Shown here one piece after another: positions 42,714-55,621 of a stretch of DNA of 64,000 nucleotides; positions within the stretch are counted from its first letter, which is position 1, and each line of letters opens with the position of its first letter. Position numbers and translations under genes: made by a program. Source of the stretch: an uncultured delta proteobacterium. GTDB taxonomy: Bacteria; Myxococcota; UBA727; VGSZ01. The notes beneath the pieces are model-generated. The model did not search any database. It worked only from the letters and a program-made list of their open reading frames with translations, and was not told where the DNA came from. The DNA is taken from the NCBI GenBank assembly GCA_963775425.1, contig CAVZJB010000004.1, forward strand, positions 128,001 through 192,000. Direction: 5' to 3'.

Positions 42714-44441
42714 TCAACGAGCGGCGTCGAGCGCTCGTTCGGGCAATCCCGGAGCCACCATGTCGCCCGCGATGCGCGCGGCCATGGCCACGAGGGTCAT
42801 CGTAGGGTTGAAACCGGACGCCGTCGGGAAGACCGACGCGTCGGCCGCGTACAGGTTGCCGATGCCGTGAAAGCGGCCGTTCGCGTTGACGACGCTGTCG
42901 GCGGCGTCGAACCCCATGCGCAGCGTCCCCATGATGTGCGCCGACGCCGAGATCTCGTCGGCAGGGAGCACCACCACCCAGCGCGCCCCGGCGGTCTGCA
43001 GGACGTCGAGCATCCTGGGCCCGTAGACGTCGCGCGCGGACAGCTCGAACGGGTGGTTGTCGTACGTGATGCGCGGCGCGGGGACCCCGTCGACGTCGAC
43101 GATCTCCGGATCGAGATCGACGCGGTTTGTCGCCTGCGGCGCGTCCTCCGCCTGCAGCGCCAACACCACCACGCGGTCGCGCAACGGGCTCTGGCGCATC
43201 AGCTTCTTGAACAGCACGCCGTCGAACGCCGGGCCGCCGAGGCCGCGCAGCGTCTTCAGCACGCGCGCGTAGAACGACGCCTCCTCCACCGGGCCCTCGC
43301 TGCCCGAGATCTCGACGATGCCGCCCAGCGGGTGCTCCGGATCGTTCGGGCGCCCGCGGAAGTCCGAGAAGCCGTGCGAGACCGTGCGTCCGCGATGACC
43401 GTGCAGGCGCTCCTGATCCCAGATGCCGGCGGCCACCGTCTGGAAGTGGAACGTCAGGAAGCGCCCGACGAGGTTGTTGCCGACCGTAGACAGCTTGCAG
43501 AGGCGCGCGTCCTCGATGGCGCTCATGGCGAGCACGAAGCGGTCGCCGCTGACGGTGATGCGCTCGCCCCTGGGCCCGACGCACTCGACGCCCGTCACCT
43601 TCGTGCCCGCCCCGTTCGTCGCGATGCGCACCGCGCGCGTCTCGGAGCGCAACTGGCACCGCCCCGACAACAACGCCCGGCGCAGCGTGGTCACCGCCGG
43701 CGATCCCTTGGCGTTGTTGGCGCAGCCGAAGCCGCTGCAGAAGCCGCAGTCGACGCAGGCGGGCCTGCCGTCGTACGGCTGCGAGTTCACCGCCGTCGGA
43801 AACGGGAAGCGCGTGATCCCCTTCGACTCGAGCGCGGGGCCGATGCGCTCGGCGACGTACATGGGGACGCCGGGCTTCATCGGGAAGTCCGCGCTGCGCG
43901 GGCCCGCCCGGGGGTTGCTCGTCGCGTCTCCCTGGATGCCCATGCGCGCGTCCACCCACGCGTAGAACGGCTCGAGCATGTCGTAGTCGACGGGCCAGTC
44001 GGCGAACGACGCCCCCTGCCCGGTGGCAGCGTCGCCGAGGTCGGTGCCGAGGTGGAAGTCCTGCGGCTCGAAGCGGGGCATCTTGAGATCCGCGTGCACG
44101 CCGCCGCCGCCGACGGTCTTCGGCAGGCCGTTGACGTCGCCGACGAAGGTGCGGTCGCCGTCGCCGGCGCGCCTGCGGAACGTGCGCGGCTCTACGCGCT
44201 CGTCGGGGAAGATGAAGCCGCGGCGGTTCTTGAGCTCGTCGCACGCGTGCCGCGAGACCGGCGCGCGCGTGGGGTCGTCGAGGTGGTCGTATCGGTTCAT
44301 GCCCGCTTCGAGCACGAGCACGTTCTGGCCGTTGGCGGTGAGCACGTCGGCGACGGCGCCGCCGGCGCAGCCGCTGCCGACGATGACGACGTCGAAGTGC
44401 TCGAGCGCGGAGTTGCCGAAGACCGTCTGCCGAAACGCCAT
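42714..44441 (-). CDS. GMC-family FAD oxidoreductase (gluconate 2-dehydrogenase flavoprotein-like)
   Basis: DVVIVGSGCAGG, VLEAG, CVDCGFCSGFGC, HIMGTLRMG, DASVFPT..GFNPTMT. Confidence 0.92.
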   Translation of the reverse strand: MAFRQTVFGNSALEHFDVVIVGSGCAGGAVADVLTANGQNVLVLEAGMNRYDHLDDPTRAPVSRHACDELKNRRGFIFPDERVEPRTFRRRAGDGDRTFVGDVNGLPKTVGGGGVHADLKMPRFEPQDFHLGTDLGDAATGQGASFADWPVDYDMLEPFYAWVDARMGIQGDATSNPRAGPRSADFPMKPGVPMYVAERIGPALESKGITRFPFPTAVNSQPYDGRPACVDCGFCSGFGCANNAKGSPAVTTLRRALLSGRCQLRSETRAVRIATNGAGTKVTGVECVGPRGERITVSGDRFVLAMSAIEDARLCKLSTVGNNLVGRFLTFHFQTVAAGIWDQERLHGHRGRTVSHGFSDFRGRPNDPEHPLGGIVEISGSEGPVEEASFYARVLKTLRGLGGPAFDGVLFKKLMRQSPLRDRVVVLALQAEDAPQATNRVDLDPEIVDVDGVPAPRITYDNHPFELSARDVYGPRMLDVLQTAGARWVVVLPADEISASAHIMGTLRMGFDAADSVVNANGRFHGIGNLYAADASVFPTASGFNPTMTLVAMAARIAGDMVAPGLPERALDAAR

Positions 44442-44443
44442 GT

Positions 44444-45178
44444 CTAGCCGGCCTTGGTGTCGCGACCGCCGAGGATCGCGACCGCGGTGGAGAGGAAGTC
44501 GTCGACGTCAGCGTCGATGGGGTCGGGGTCGAGCCGGTCGTCTGGCCGGCTCACGAGCGCGTCGGCGCGTTCGCGGTAGACGCCGGCGACCTCGTCGAAC
44601 GTCGAGAAGCCGAGGGGCATGAGGTCGCCCTCGTAGTGGACCATCTGCCAGCCGAGCATGTCGCGGTTGCCGCCGTACTCCGGTGCGGAGAACGCGCCTT
44701 CGAAGACGAGCTGCACGAGGGCGTCCAGGAACGTCTCGTCGAGATCTTCGAGCGTGGTCTTGTCCGTCACGCTCTTGAGGTTCTTGCGAAACAGCGGTCG
44801 CAGGCCGCCGTCGCCGAACAGCCGCGCGTAGACGGCGGCGCGCTGCACGCGGTCGAGCGGCTCGGCGTCGGCGAAGGCGTCGGGCGGGTACTCGCTGGTG
44901 GGGAGGCCGCGGGCGTCGGGGAAGGGGGTCCGGCCCGAGAACGGCCCGGACCCGAAGATGAGCCCGTCGCCGGACAGGAACAGGTCGATGTAGGCGACCA
45001 CGCCGAGCTCGCTGGCGCCCGGCGTCTCGTCGTCGGGCGGGAGCACGAGGTCCACCAGGCGGGTGAGCGCCGCGAGCTCGCCGTCGTCGAAGAACCGGCG
45101 CGACGAGCGCCCCACGCACGCCGGCAACGCGGGGGCGGCGGCGGCGAGCTTCAAGAGGCTGCGACGGCGGATGCGCAT
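44444..45178 (-). CDS. Gluconate 2-dehydrogenase subunit 3 family protein (Tat-exported)
   Basis: RRRSLLK twin-arginine signal, PGASELGVVAYID, EGAFSAPEYGGNRDMLGW. Confidence 0.88.
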   Translation of the reverse strand: MRIRRRSLLKLAAAAPALPACVGRSSRRFFDDGELAALTRLVDLVLPPDDETPGASELGVVAYIDLFLSGDGLIFGSGPFSGRTPFPDARGLPTSEYPPDAFADAEPLDRVQRAAVYARLFGDGGLRPLFRKNLKSVTDKTTLEDLDETFLDALVQLVFEGAFSAPEYGGNRDMLGWQMVHYEGDLMPLGFSTFDEVAGVYRERADALVSRPDDRLDPDPIDADVDDFLSTAVAILGGRDTKAG

Positions 45179-45559
45179 GCGAGGGCCGACGTTAGGGACG
45201 CCGACGACGACACCGTATCGGATGTTGAGGGGAAGCACACCCGAGGAGGCCGTCCATCGACGGCTGAAGCGCGACGCGCTCGGCGTCGAGCCCCTCGAGC
45301 GGCTCGGACGCGTTCGCGGCGGGGCCGAGAACGTCGTCGTCACGCCACCGAGAGCGCCGCGAGTGGCGACGAGGGCTGGCCCGATGGACCGTTGATCCGA
45401 GCCACCCGGAAGGGGACGGTGCTACGGCCACACGGCGGAGCGGAAAGGAGCTCCGGCGGTGGCGACGTTGTCTAGCCTTCGCTGATTCCGAGCGCCCAAG
45501 CACTCGCAACTCACCGAGATTTGCGCGCCAAAAGTGCGGGTCGAGCTGATCCACCTTTG

Positions 45560-45640
45560 GTGAAGCTCAAGCGCCGCGTGCGAATCCAGGAACCTGAACG
45601 GCGACAGGTTGAGCTGAAGACCCAGGCCGTGGACCTTGTG
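45560..45640 (+). pseudogene. Possible IS1182-like transposase N-terminal remnant
   Basis: VKLKRRVRIQEPERRQVELKTQAVDL in a lower-GC intergenic region; very short. Confidence 0.3.
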
Positions 45641-45686
45641 GGCGGCTTCGCCGAGTGCTGCTCCGAGCCTTATTTCTCGTCAGCCT

Positions 45687-46877
<1,191 letters not shown>

Positions 46878-47007
46878 GCCGACATGCTACCGCACCGGCT
46901 GTCTCCGGCTCGGTGTGCGCCGATGGGCGCACGCCGACAAGCGGGCGTCGGCGTGCGTGCGGCGATAGCGCCGCTGGTAGGGCAGGCGCGAGCGGGCTCA
47001 TGCGTGA

Positions 47008-47040
47008 GCAACAGAATACCCCCGTCGGGTATTCGGTTGC
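47008..47040 (-). terminator. Stem-loop just downstream of rplW (probable terminator or 3' stabiliser)
   Basis: GCAAC-GAATACCC...GGGTATTC-GTTGC hairpin ~20 nt after the rplW stop; no strong U tract. Confidence 0.5.
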
Positions 47041-47060
47041 GCGCGCGGCCCGCCGGGCGG

Positions 47061-47372
47061 CTACGCGGGCGGGGGCTCGCCGGGGAGCACGCCGAACACG
47101 TCGAGGTCCGTGCCCTCAGCGAGGGTCACGATGGCCTTCTTCCAGTTCTGGCGGCGGCCGGCGAACTTGCCGACGCGCTTGTACTTCCCGCGAAACACCA
47201 TGGTCCGCACGTCGGTGACCTTGACGTCGAAGAGCTTCTCGACGGCGTTCTTCACGTCCGCCTTCTTCGCGCCGCGGTCAACGGCGAACACGATCTTGCC
47301 CGCCTCGGCCTTCAGGGCCGAGGCCTTCTCGGTGACGATGGGCTTGCGAATGACGTCGTACATGTCGTGCAT
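47061..47372 (-). CDS. rplW: 50S ribosomal protein uL23
   Basis: PIVTEKAS, AVEKLFDVKV, WKKAIVTL. Confidence 0.98.
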   Translation of the reverse strand: MHDMYDVIRKPIVTEKASALKAEAGKIVFAVDRGAKKADVKNAVEKLFDVKVTDVRTMVFRGKYKRVGKFAGRRQNWKKAIVTLAEGTDLDVFGVLPGEPPPA

Positions 47373-47388
47373 TACGATCTCCTTGCCG

Positions 47389-48024
47389 TCATTCGACGAC
47401 GTTGCCGTCGGGGTTGAGGCGCCCTTGGATGGCGCGCACGGCCGCTTCCGTCATCACCAGCGACGGGTACTTCAAGACGTCGAGGACGTTGAGCCCGTTG
47501 ACGTGAAGGAAGCGCGAGTCCGGCAGGTTCCGGGCCGAGCGCTCGAGCTTCTCGTTGTCGCTGTCGACGATGAGCGTGCTGCCGGTCTTGAGCGACTTGA
47601 TGGCGCCGGCGACGAGCTTGGTCTTGGTGTCCGAGAGGTCGAAGCTCTTGACGACCTTGAGGCCACCCTCCTTCAGCCGGAGCGACAGCGCGGTGGCGAT
47701 GGCCGCGCGGCGCTTGGCCTTGGGCATCGCGAACCCGTAGTCGCGCGGCTTGGGCGCGAACGCCACGCCGCCGCCGACGAAGTGCGGGCCCTTGGAGTCA
47801 CCCTGGCGGGCGTTGCCCGTGTGCTTCTGGCCGTAGGGCTTCTTGGTGGTGCCGTTCACCTCGGTGCGCGTCTTGGTGGACTGCGTGCCGCGGCGGGCCT
47901 TGGCGCGCTGCCACTGGACGACCTCGGTGAGGAGGTACTTCTTGATGGGGGCGGCGAAGACGGCGTCATCGAGGTCGATGGAGCCCACCGTCGCGCCGGT
48001 CAAATCGAGGAGATCGTGTTTCAT
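47389..48024 (-). CDS. rplD: 50S ribosomal protein uL4
   Basis: [46 protein letters not shown]. Confidence 0.98.
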   Translation of the reverse strand: MKHDLLDLTGATVGSIDLDDAVFAAPIKKYLLTEVVQWQRAKARRGTQSTKTRTEVNGTTKKPYGQKHTGNARQGDSKGPHFVGGGVAFAPKPRDYGFAMPKAKRRAAIATALSLRLKEGGLKVVKSFDLSDTKTKLVAGAIKSLKTGSTLIVDSDNEKLERSARNLPDSRFLHVNGLNVLDVLKYPSLVMTEAAVRAIQGRLNPDGNVVE

Positions 48025-48034
48025 GGCGCGAACC

Positions 48035-48343
<309 letters not shown>

Positions 48344-48449
48344 AAAGAACCTCGCGCGGGCAGTACGGCCCGCTCGCTTGAAAAGAACCTGCTCGATGCG
48401 GTGGACGAGCCGCCGCGCCACGTTCCCGCGGCGCGGCGACCGGCCTGCG

Positions 48450-49640
<1,191 letters not shown>

Positions 49641-49711
49641 GGTCTCTCTCCTCGACTCTCTCGAATCTCAAATCTCGATGGGGGTGGAACTACTCGGCAC
49701 AAACGGGCGGA

Positions 49712-51814
49712 TCAACCACCGTTCGCCTTGGCGATGATCTGCTCGGCGATGTTGGCGGGGACGGCGTCGTAGTTGCCGAACTCCATGGTGTAGCTGGCGC
49801 GCCCCTGGGTGCGCGAGCGGATGGCGTTGGCGTAGCCGAACATCTCGGCCAGCGGCACGATGGCGTTCACGACCTTCATGCCCGCGCGCTCGTCCATGCC
49901 CTGGACCTGGCCGCGGCGGGAGTTGAGGTCGCCGATGACGTCGCCCATCCACTCGTCGGGCGTCACCACCTCCACCTTCATCATGGGCTCGAGGATGACG
50001 GGCTTGGCCTTCTGGGCCCCCTCCTTGAACGCCATGGAGCCGGCGATCTCGAACGCGTTCGCGTTGGAGTCGACGTCGTGGTAGCTGCCGTCGAACACCT
50101 CGACCTTGACGTCGACGACGGGGTAGCCCGCGCGGATGCCGCGCAGGAGCGCGCCCTCCACGCCCTTTTGGACGGCCGGGATGAACTCGCGGGGGATGGA
50201 ACCGCCCACGGTGCTGTTTTCGAACTCGAAGCCCTTGCCGGCCTCGTTGGGCGCGATGCGCAACCAGACGTGGCCGTACTGGCCGCGGCCGCCGGTCTGC
50301 TTGACGTACTTGCCTTCCTGCTCGACGGACGAGGTGATGGTCTCGCGGTAGGCCACCTGCGGCTTGCCGACGTTGGCCTCGACGCCGTACTCGCGCTTGA
50401 GGCGGTCGACGATGATCTCGAGGTGGAGCTCGCCCATGCCGGAGATGGTGGTCTGGTTGGTCTCCTCGTCGGTCTTCAGGCGCAGCGACGGGTCCTCCGC
50501 GGCCAGGCGGCCGAGGCCCACGCCCATCTTCTCCTGGTCCACCTTGGTGCGCGGCTCGATGGCCAGCGTGACGACGGCGGGAGGCACGGTGAGGCGCTCG
50601 AGCACCACGGGCTTGTCCTCGTCGCACAGGGTGTCGCCGGTGACGCACTCGACGCCGATGGCGGCGGCGATCTGTCCCGCGTAGACCTCCTCAATCTCCT
50701 CGCGCTTGTCGGCGAACATGCGCACGATGCGGCCGATGCGCAGCCGGCGCCCGGTGCGCGCGTTCAGCACGCTGGCGCCCTTCTTCAGCACGCCGGCGTA
50801 GACGCGCACGAAGGTGAGCTGGCCGAACTTGTCGTTGATGAGCTTGAACGCGAGCGCGGTGAGCGGCTCGTCGTCGTCGGCGTTGCGGACAATCTCTTTG
50901 GTCTCGTCCTTCAGGTCCTTGCCCTTGAGCGGCGGGATGTCGATGGGCGCGGGCAGGAAGTCGATGACGGAGTCGAGGAGGTACTGCACGCCCTTGTTCT
51001 TGAACGCGGAGCCGCAGAACGTGGGCACGAGCTTGAGGCCGATGCAGCCCTTGCGCAGGGCGCTCACGAGCTCCATCTCGGTGATCTCCTGGCCGTCCAG
51101 GAACTTGGCAGCGATGTCGTCGTCGACGTCGGCGCACTGCTCCACGAGCTTCTCGCGGTACTCGGCGGCCTGTGCCTTGAGGTTGTCCGGGATGTCGATG
51201 AGGTCGTAGGCCGCCCCCATCGTCTCGTCCTTCCAGGTGATGCCCTTCATGCGCACGAGGTCGACGAGGCCCTTGAAGCCCGCCTCGGCCCCGATGGGCA
51301 GCGTGAGCACCGCGGCGTTGGCCTTGAGGCGCTCCTTGATCATGTCGACGCAGCGGAAGAAGTTGGCGCCGGTGCGGTCGAGCTTGTTGACGAAGCACAT
51401 GCGCGGGACGCCGTAGCGGTCCGCCTGACGCCACACCGTCTCCGACTGCGGCTCCACGCCCGCGACACCGTCGAACACGACGCACGCGCCGTCGAGGACG
51501 CGCAAGGAGCGCTCCACCTCGATGGTGAAGTCCACGTGTCCGGGCGTGTCGATGATGTTGATCTGGAACTTGGGCGACTTGGGGTCCTGGCGGCGCTGCC
51601 AGTGGCAGGTGACGGCGGCGGAGGTGATGGTGATGCCGCGCTCGCGCTCCTGCTCCATGTAATCGGTCGTGGTCGCACCGTCGTGGACCTCGCCAATCTT
51701 GTGGGTCATTCCCGAGTAATAAAGGATGCGCTCCGTGGTGGTGGTCTTGCCGGCATCGATGTGCGCGATGATGCCGATGTTCCGGGTGCGCTCGAGGGGG
51801 TACTCGCGGGGCAT
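49712..51814 (-). CDS. fusA: Elongation factor G
   Basis: [35 protein letters not shown]. Confidence 0.99.
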   Translation of the reverse strand: MPREYPLERTRNIGIIAHIDAGKTTTTERILYYSGMTHKIGEVHDGATTTDYMEQERERGITITSAAVTCHWQRRQDPKSPKFQINIIDTPGHVDFTIEVERSLRVLDGACVVFDGVAGVEPQSETVWRQADRYGVPRMCFVNKLDRTGANFFRCVDMIKERLKANAAVLTLPIGAEAGFKGLVDLVRMKGITWKDETMGAAYDLIDIPDNLKAQAAEYREKLVEQCADVDDDIAAKFLDGQEITEMELVSALRKGCIGLKLVPTFCGSAFKNKGVQYLLDSVIDFLPAPIDIPPLKGKDLKDETKEIVRNADDDEPLTALAFKLINDKFGQLTFVRVYAGVLKKGASVLNARTGRRLRIGRIVRMFADKREEIEEVYAGQIAAAIGVECVTGDTLCDEDKPVVLERLTVPPAVVTLAIEPRTKVDQEKMGVGLGRLAAEDPSLRLKTDEETNQTTISGMGELHLEIIVDRLKREYGVEANVGKPQVAYRETITSSVEQEGKYVKQTGGRGQYGHVWLRIAPNEAGKGFEFENSTVGGSIPREFIPAVQKGVEGALLRGIRAGYPVVDVKVEVFDGSYHDVDSNANAFEIAGSMAFKEGAQKAKPVILEPMMKVEVVTPDEWMGDVIGDLNSRRGQVQGMDERAGMKVVNAIVPLAEMFGYANAIRSRTQGRASYTMEFGNYDAVPANIAEQIIAKANGG

Positions 51815-51894
51815 GACTTCAACCTTCCATGTCTGTCAGAGAGCTCACGGCGCGCGCAGCAGCGGGCGCCGCCCCTAGAAAAGGGATGCTTGAT

Positions 51895-52365
51895 TCACCA
51901 GCGGTAGTGCGCGAACGCCTTGTTGGCCTCGGCCATGCGGTGCGTGTCCTCGCGCTTCTTCACGGCGCCCCCGCGGCCCTGGGCAGCGTCGAGGATCTCG
52001 TTGGCCAGGCGCTCCATCATGGTGCGCTCGCCACGCTCGCGGGCGGCGTCTCGCAGCCAGCGCAGGCCGAGCGCCACGCGACGCTCCGGACGCACCTCGA
52101 CGGGCACCTGGAAGTTGGCGCCGCCGACGCGGCGGCTCTTCACCTCGACGGCCGGCTTGATGGCGTCGAGGGCGCGCTTGAAGACCTTCAAGGGCTCTTC
52201 CTTGGAGCGGTCCTCCACGAGCGAAAACGCCTTGTAGACGACGCCTTCACCGGCGGACTTCTTTCCCTCGAACATCAGCACGTTCACGAACTTCGTGACG
52301 AGCCGGTCCTGGTACTTCGGGTCCGGGTTGACCTTGCGCTTGGGAACTTCACGACGACGAGGCAT
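51895..52365 (-). CDS. rpsG: 30S ribosomal protein uS7
   Basis: [30 protein letters not shown]. Confidence 0.99.
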   Translation of the reverse strand: MPRRREVPKRKVNPDPKYQDRLVTKFVNVLMFEGKKSAGEGVVYKAFSLVEDRSKEEPLKVFKRALDAIKPAVEVKSRRVGGANFQVPVEVRPERRVALGLRWLRDAARERGERTMMERLANEILDAAQGRGGAVKKREDTHRMAEANKAFAHYRW

Positions 52366-52417
52366 TTTTCATTCTCCGAGGTGGGGGACGCGGCCCCGAC
52401 CTACCACTGGGGACGCC

Positions 52418-52789
52418 CTACTTGGGACGCTTGGCGCCGTACTTGGAGCGGCTCTGGCGGCGGTTGTTGACGCCGACGGCATCGAGGGTGCCGCGGATGA
52501 TGTGGTAGCGGACGCCGGGGAGATCCTTGACGCGGCCGCCGCGGATGAGGACCACGGAGTGCTCCTGCAGGTTGTGGCCCTCTCCCGGGATGTACGTCGT
52601 GACTTCGAGGCCGTTGGTCAGACGGACGCGGGCGACCTTGCGCAGCGCCGAGTTCGGCTTCTTGGGCGTCGTGGTGTACACGCGGGTGCACACGCCGCGC
52701 TTCTGCGGGCACGCCTTCAGGTGCGGCGACTTGCTCTTCTCGACGAGCTGGGTGCGTCCGTGGCGAACCAGCTGGTTAATGGTCGGCAT
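52418..52789 (-). CDS. rpsL: 30S ribosomal protein uS12
   Basis: [30 protein letters not shown]. Confidence 0.99.
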   Translation of the reverse strand: MPTINQLVRHGRTQLVEKSKSPHLKACPQKRGVCTRVYTTTPKKPNSALRKVARVRLTNGLEVTTYIPGEGHNLQEHSVVLIRGGRVKDLPGVRYHIIRGTLDAVGVNNRRQSRSKYGAKRPK

Positions 52790-52945
52790 CCGTAATCCTC
52801 ACAGCCTCACAGCAGTCATTGCCCGCCACGCGAGCGACCCCCCGGAAAGGAAGGATCGCCCGTGTCGCCTCCCGTGCAGCCCTCGTCAAGATGGGTCGCT
52901 CGAGATCGGTCCCCTCGCCGTGGCGCGGGGACCGAAAGCGCGGCG

Positions 52946-52973
52946 ACTGTACAGACGGCCGGGGGCGTGTCAA
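52946..52973 (-). promoter_or_regulatory. sigma70-type promoter of the str operon
   Basis: Minus strand TTGACA-16 nt-TACAGT, ~155 nt upstream of the rpsL ATG. Confidence 0.7.
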
Positions 52974-52996
52974 GGGCGGCCGCCGTCGTCTCCGCG

Positions 52997-55246
52997 CTAG
53001 GGCACGAGCTCCACGGTCAGGTTGGTGGTGTTTGCCCCGTCCGCCGCCAGGGCGGCGAAGGTGTCGACGACGACGAAGTAGGTGGAGCCGTTCGCGACGT
53101 CGACGGTGAGGTCGGACGGGCCGACGGCGGCGCCGTCGTCGTTGCAGCCGACGTTGTCGCCGAACTGGCAGCTCCCCTCGCGGACGTACACGACCGTGTC
53201 GACGTCGCCGTCCGTGGTGAGGTGCAGCGTGGCGTCGGCGGTGGCCGCGAAGGTGAAGACGGTCTCCTGGCCGGCGCCGCCGCACGTGCCGCTGAGGCCG
53301 CTCGCGGCCGCCGGGTCGAGGGTCACCGCCTGGACGGTGGGCGTGCCCGCCGAGGGGAACGCGAGCGTGGCGGGGGCCGCGCACGCCGGCGCCGGCGGGA
53401 TGTCGGCGATGGTGGACACGTTGAGCGTGTAGCCGCCCGCCGTGAGCGAGTCCCCGCCGAACAGCGCGGCCAGGAAGTCGTAGGTGCCGTCGACGACGAC
53501 GAGGTAGTCGCCGGCGGGGACGTCGGGGATCTGCAGCGTGATGTCGTCGCCGGACTCGCAGGCGCCGTTGTCCTCGGCGTCGGCGCGATCGGTGGTCGCG
53601 GTGCCGTCGCGCTTGACCGCCTGCAGGTCACGCAGGTCCGCCGGGCACGCGCCGCCGGGCGCGAGGTACATCTGCACGGAGCCGTTGAAGTTGCCGGCGT
53701 TGGCGTCGGTGGGATCGAGCGGATCCCCCGTGAAGCGGATCTGGACGTTGGAGGTGTCGGCGAGGGTGACGGCGTAGAAGTCGTCGTTGAGCCACTGGTC
53801 CGGCGTCTGGTCGCGCTCGCCGTTGCACAGGCCGAGGTGGCCGACGCTGCCGCCGGCGGTGGATCCGGTCTGGTCCGCGGCGAGCGTCAACGACGCCGGC
53901 GACGTGCAGCCGGTGTTGGGCGGCGGCGCGTAGTCGATGGTGGGCGTGACATCGTAGGTGAACGTCGTCGCCGTGGGCGCCGTCTGCGAGACGTGCACGA
54001 GGTAGCGGTTGGCCGCGGTCATCCCGGGGACGGTGACGGTGAGCGTGGTGCCCACGAGCGCCGTGGTGGCCGCCGCAAACGCGGTGGCCGCGCCGCCGCC
54101 GTCGGGCTGCTCCTCGACGGTGACGGTGAGGTTGGTGCCGTCGTCGAGGGCGAGGGAGCCGTCCGCGTCTCCGCCGGTGGGATCGAGCACGATGACGTCC
54201 TCGTCGCCGGCGCACAGGTTGTGCTGCGACGGCGTGGCCGACGAAGCGGTGAACACCTGGGCGAGGTCGGTGGCGACGGCGTCGTCGAGGCCGCCGGGGA
54301 GGTCGTTGGCGTCGCCCTCGCAGCCGTGCGTGATGGCCAGCGTGTAGGGGATGCCGTCGAGGCCGGCGCCGGTCTCGGTGACCTTGGCGAGGTAGAAGCC
54401 CGCGGGCACGTCGCTGAGGTCGGTGATCTCGGCGCCCTCGGCGGTGACCACGACGCCGGCGGTGGCGTTCGGGTCCGTGAGGTTCGTGAGGGTGGCGGCC
54501 TCGTCGACGGTGGCGCCTTCGACGACGAGGTTGGCGCCCGTGCCGTCGGCGGTGACGCCGAGCGCGCCGCCGAGGTGGCCGATGAGGAAGTAGTCGACGT
54601 CGGCCGGGCAGAGGTTCAGCAGCGTGGGGTCGGTGGTGAGGTCGCCGGTGCCCGCGAAGGCGGCGGACGCGAAGTCGTCGTTGGGCTCGACGCCGTCGCC
54701 GGTGCACTGCGGCGGCCCGATGGTGACGGTGAGATCGAACGGGCCGTTCACGCCGTCGTTGCCGTCGACGACGAGGAAGTAGGTGCCGGGCTCGACGTTG
54801 TTGAGCGTCAGGGACTCGTCGCCGAAGGCGTTGTCGACGCACGCGCCCTCGACGAGGGACGCGTCGTCGCATGCCGGGGCGTTGTAGAGCGCGAACAGCA
54901 GGTCGCCCACGGTCTGATCGTCGTCGTTGACGTCGAGCGTGACGGCGACGGAGGAGGCCTCGGTGAGCGTGAAGGTGTACGCGAGGTCGCCGGCGGCGCC
55001 GGCGGTGGTGAAGTCGCAGGCGGTGACGACGTCGTCGGCGGCGGTGGTGGTGTCGCCGTGGACGGTCTGCCCGCTCGTGATCGGGGCCGCGGTGGCGCAG
55101 GTCTCGTTGCCGCCTTCGCCCTCCCCTTCCCCCTCGCCTTCCCCTTCGCCCTCGCCCTCGCCTTCGCCCTCGGCGGGCGGCGGGCAGGCGGTGAACAGCG
55201 ACAGGGCGCTCGACGCGATCGCGATCGACAGGACACGCTTCAGCAT
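52997..55246 (-). CDS. Large lipoprotein with a (GE)n linker and tandem PPC-like beta-sandwich domains
   Basis: Lipobox FTAC; ~10 GE; NETCATA..I, GTYFLVVDG, EPND, GDYLVVVDG, TYFVVVD. Confidence 0.8.
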   Translation of the reverse strand: MLKRVLSIAIASSALSLFTACPPPAEGEGEGEGEGEGEGEGEGEGGNETCATAAPITSGQTVHGDTTTAADDVVTACDFTTAGAAGDLAYTFTLTEASSVAVTLDVNDDDQTVGDLLFALYNAPACDDASLVEGACVDNAFGDESLTLNNVEPGTYFLVVDGNDGVNGPFDLTVTIGPPQCTGDGVEPNDDFASAAFAGTGDLTTDPTLLNLCPADVDYFLIGHLGGALGVTADGTGANLVVEGATVDEAATLTNLTDPNATAGVVVTAEGAEITDLSDVPAGFYLAKVTETGAGLDGIPYTLAITHGCEGDANDLPGGLDDAVATDLAQVFTASSATPSQHNLCAGDEDVIVLDPTGGDADGSLALDDGTNLTVTVEEQPDGGGAATAFAAATTALVGTTLTVTVPGMTAANRYLVHVSQTAPTATTFTYDVTPTIDYAPPPNTGCTSPASLTLAADQTGSTAGGSVGHLGLCNGERDQTPDQWLNDDFYAVTLADTSNVQIRFTGDPLDPTDANAGNFNGSVQMYLAPGGACPADLRDLQAVKRDGTATTDRADAEDNGACESGDDITLQIPDVPAGDYLVVVDGTYDFLAALFGGDSLTAGGYTLNVSTIADIPPAPACAAPATLAFPSAGTPTVQAVTLDPAAASGLSGTCGGAGQETVFTFAATADATLHLTTDGDVDTVVYVREGSCQFGDNVGCNDDGAAVGPSDLTVDVANGSTYFVVVDTFAALAADGANTTNLTVELVP

Positions 55247-55311
55247 GATGATGACCTCGCCATTTCCATGAGGCGGCGGTCGTAGGCGGAGCGGCCGGCG
55301 AGCGCAATCCG

Positions 55312-55509
55312 TCAGGGGCGCTTCGCCTCGAAGAACCCGCGCAGGGCCGCGGCGACGGCGTCGGGCGCCTCGAGGTCCGGCCCGTTGTGGCCCGCCCCCG
55401 GGATCACCACCCGGGCGGCGCCCGGGATGGCGGCGGCGACGGCGTCCGCGGCGTCGATGAGGAAGCGCGGGCCCTTGTCCCCCGACAAAAGGAGCGTCGG
55501 GCAGGCCAC
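55312..55509 (-). pseudogene. C-terminal fragment of an alpha/beta hydrolase
   Basis: PTLLLSG...IPGAGH..EAPDAVAAALRGFF; no N-terminal part with a GxSxG motif upstream. Confidence 0.6.
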
Positions 55510-55621
55510 GGCGCCGAAGCGGGACGCGTCGGGCGCGTCGCGGCATTGGACGGCGCGGCGCCGGCCGCATTGATGCGCCGCGGGGGGACGCTCGTCGACG
55601 GAGCGGCCCGCGGAGGATCAC

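Noticed and set aside
47800-47860. uL4 loop QKHTG as a macrolide-resistance mutation
   Set aside because: This variant occurs naturally in other bacteria, so a phenotype cannot be inferred from sequence alone.
52418-52789. Streptomycin-resistance allele of rpsL
   Set aside because: The PKKPNSA and RVKDLP motifs are wild type.
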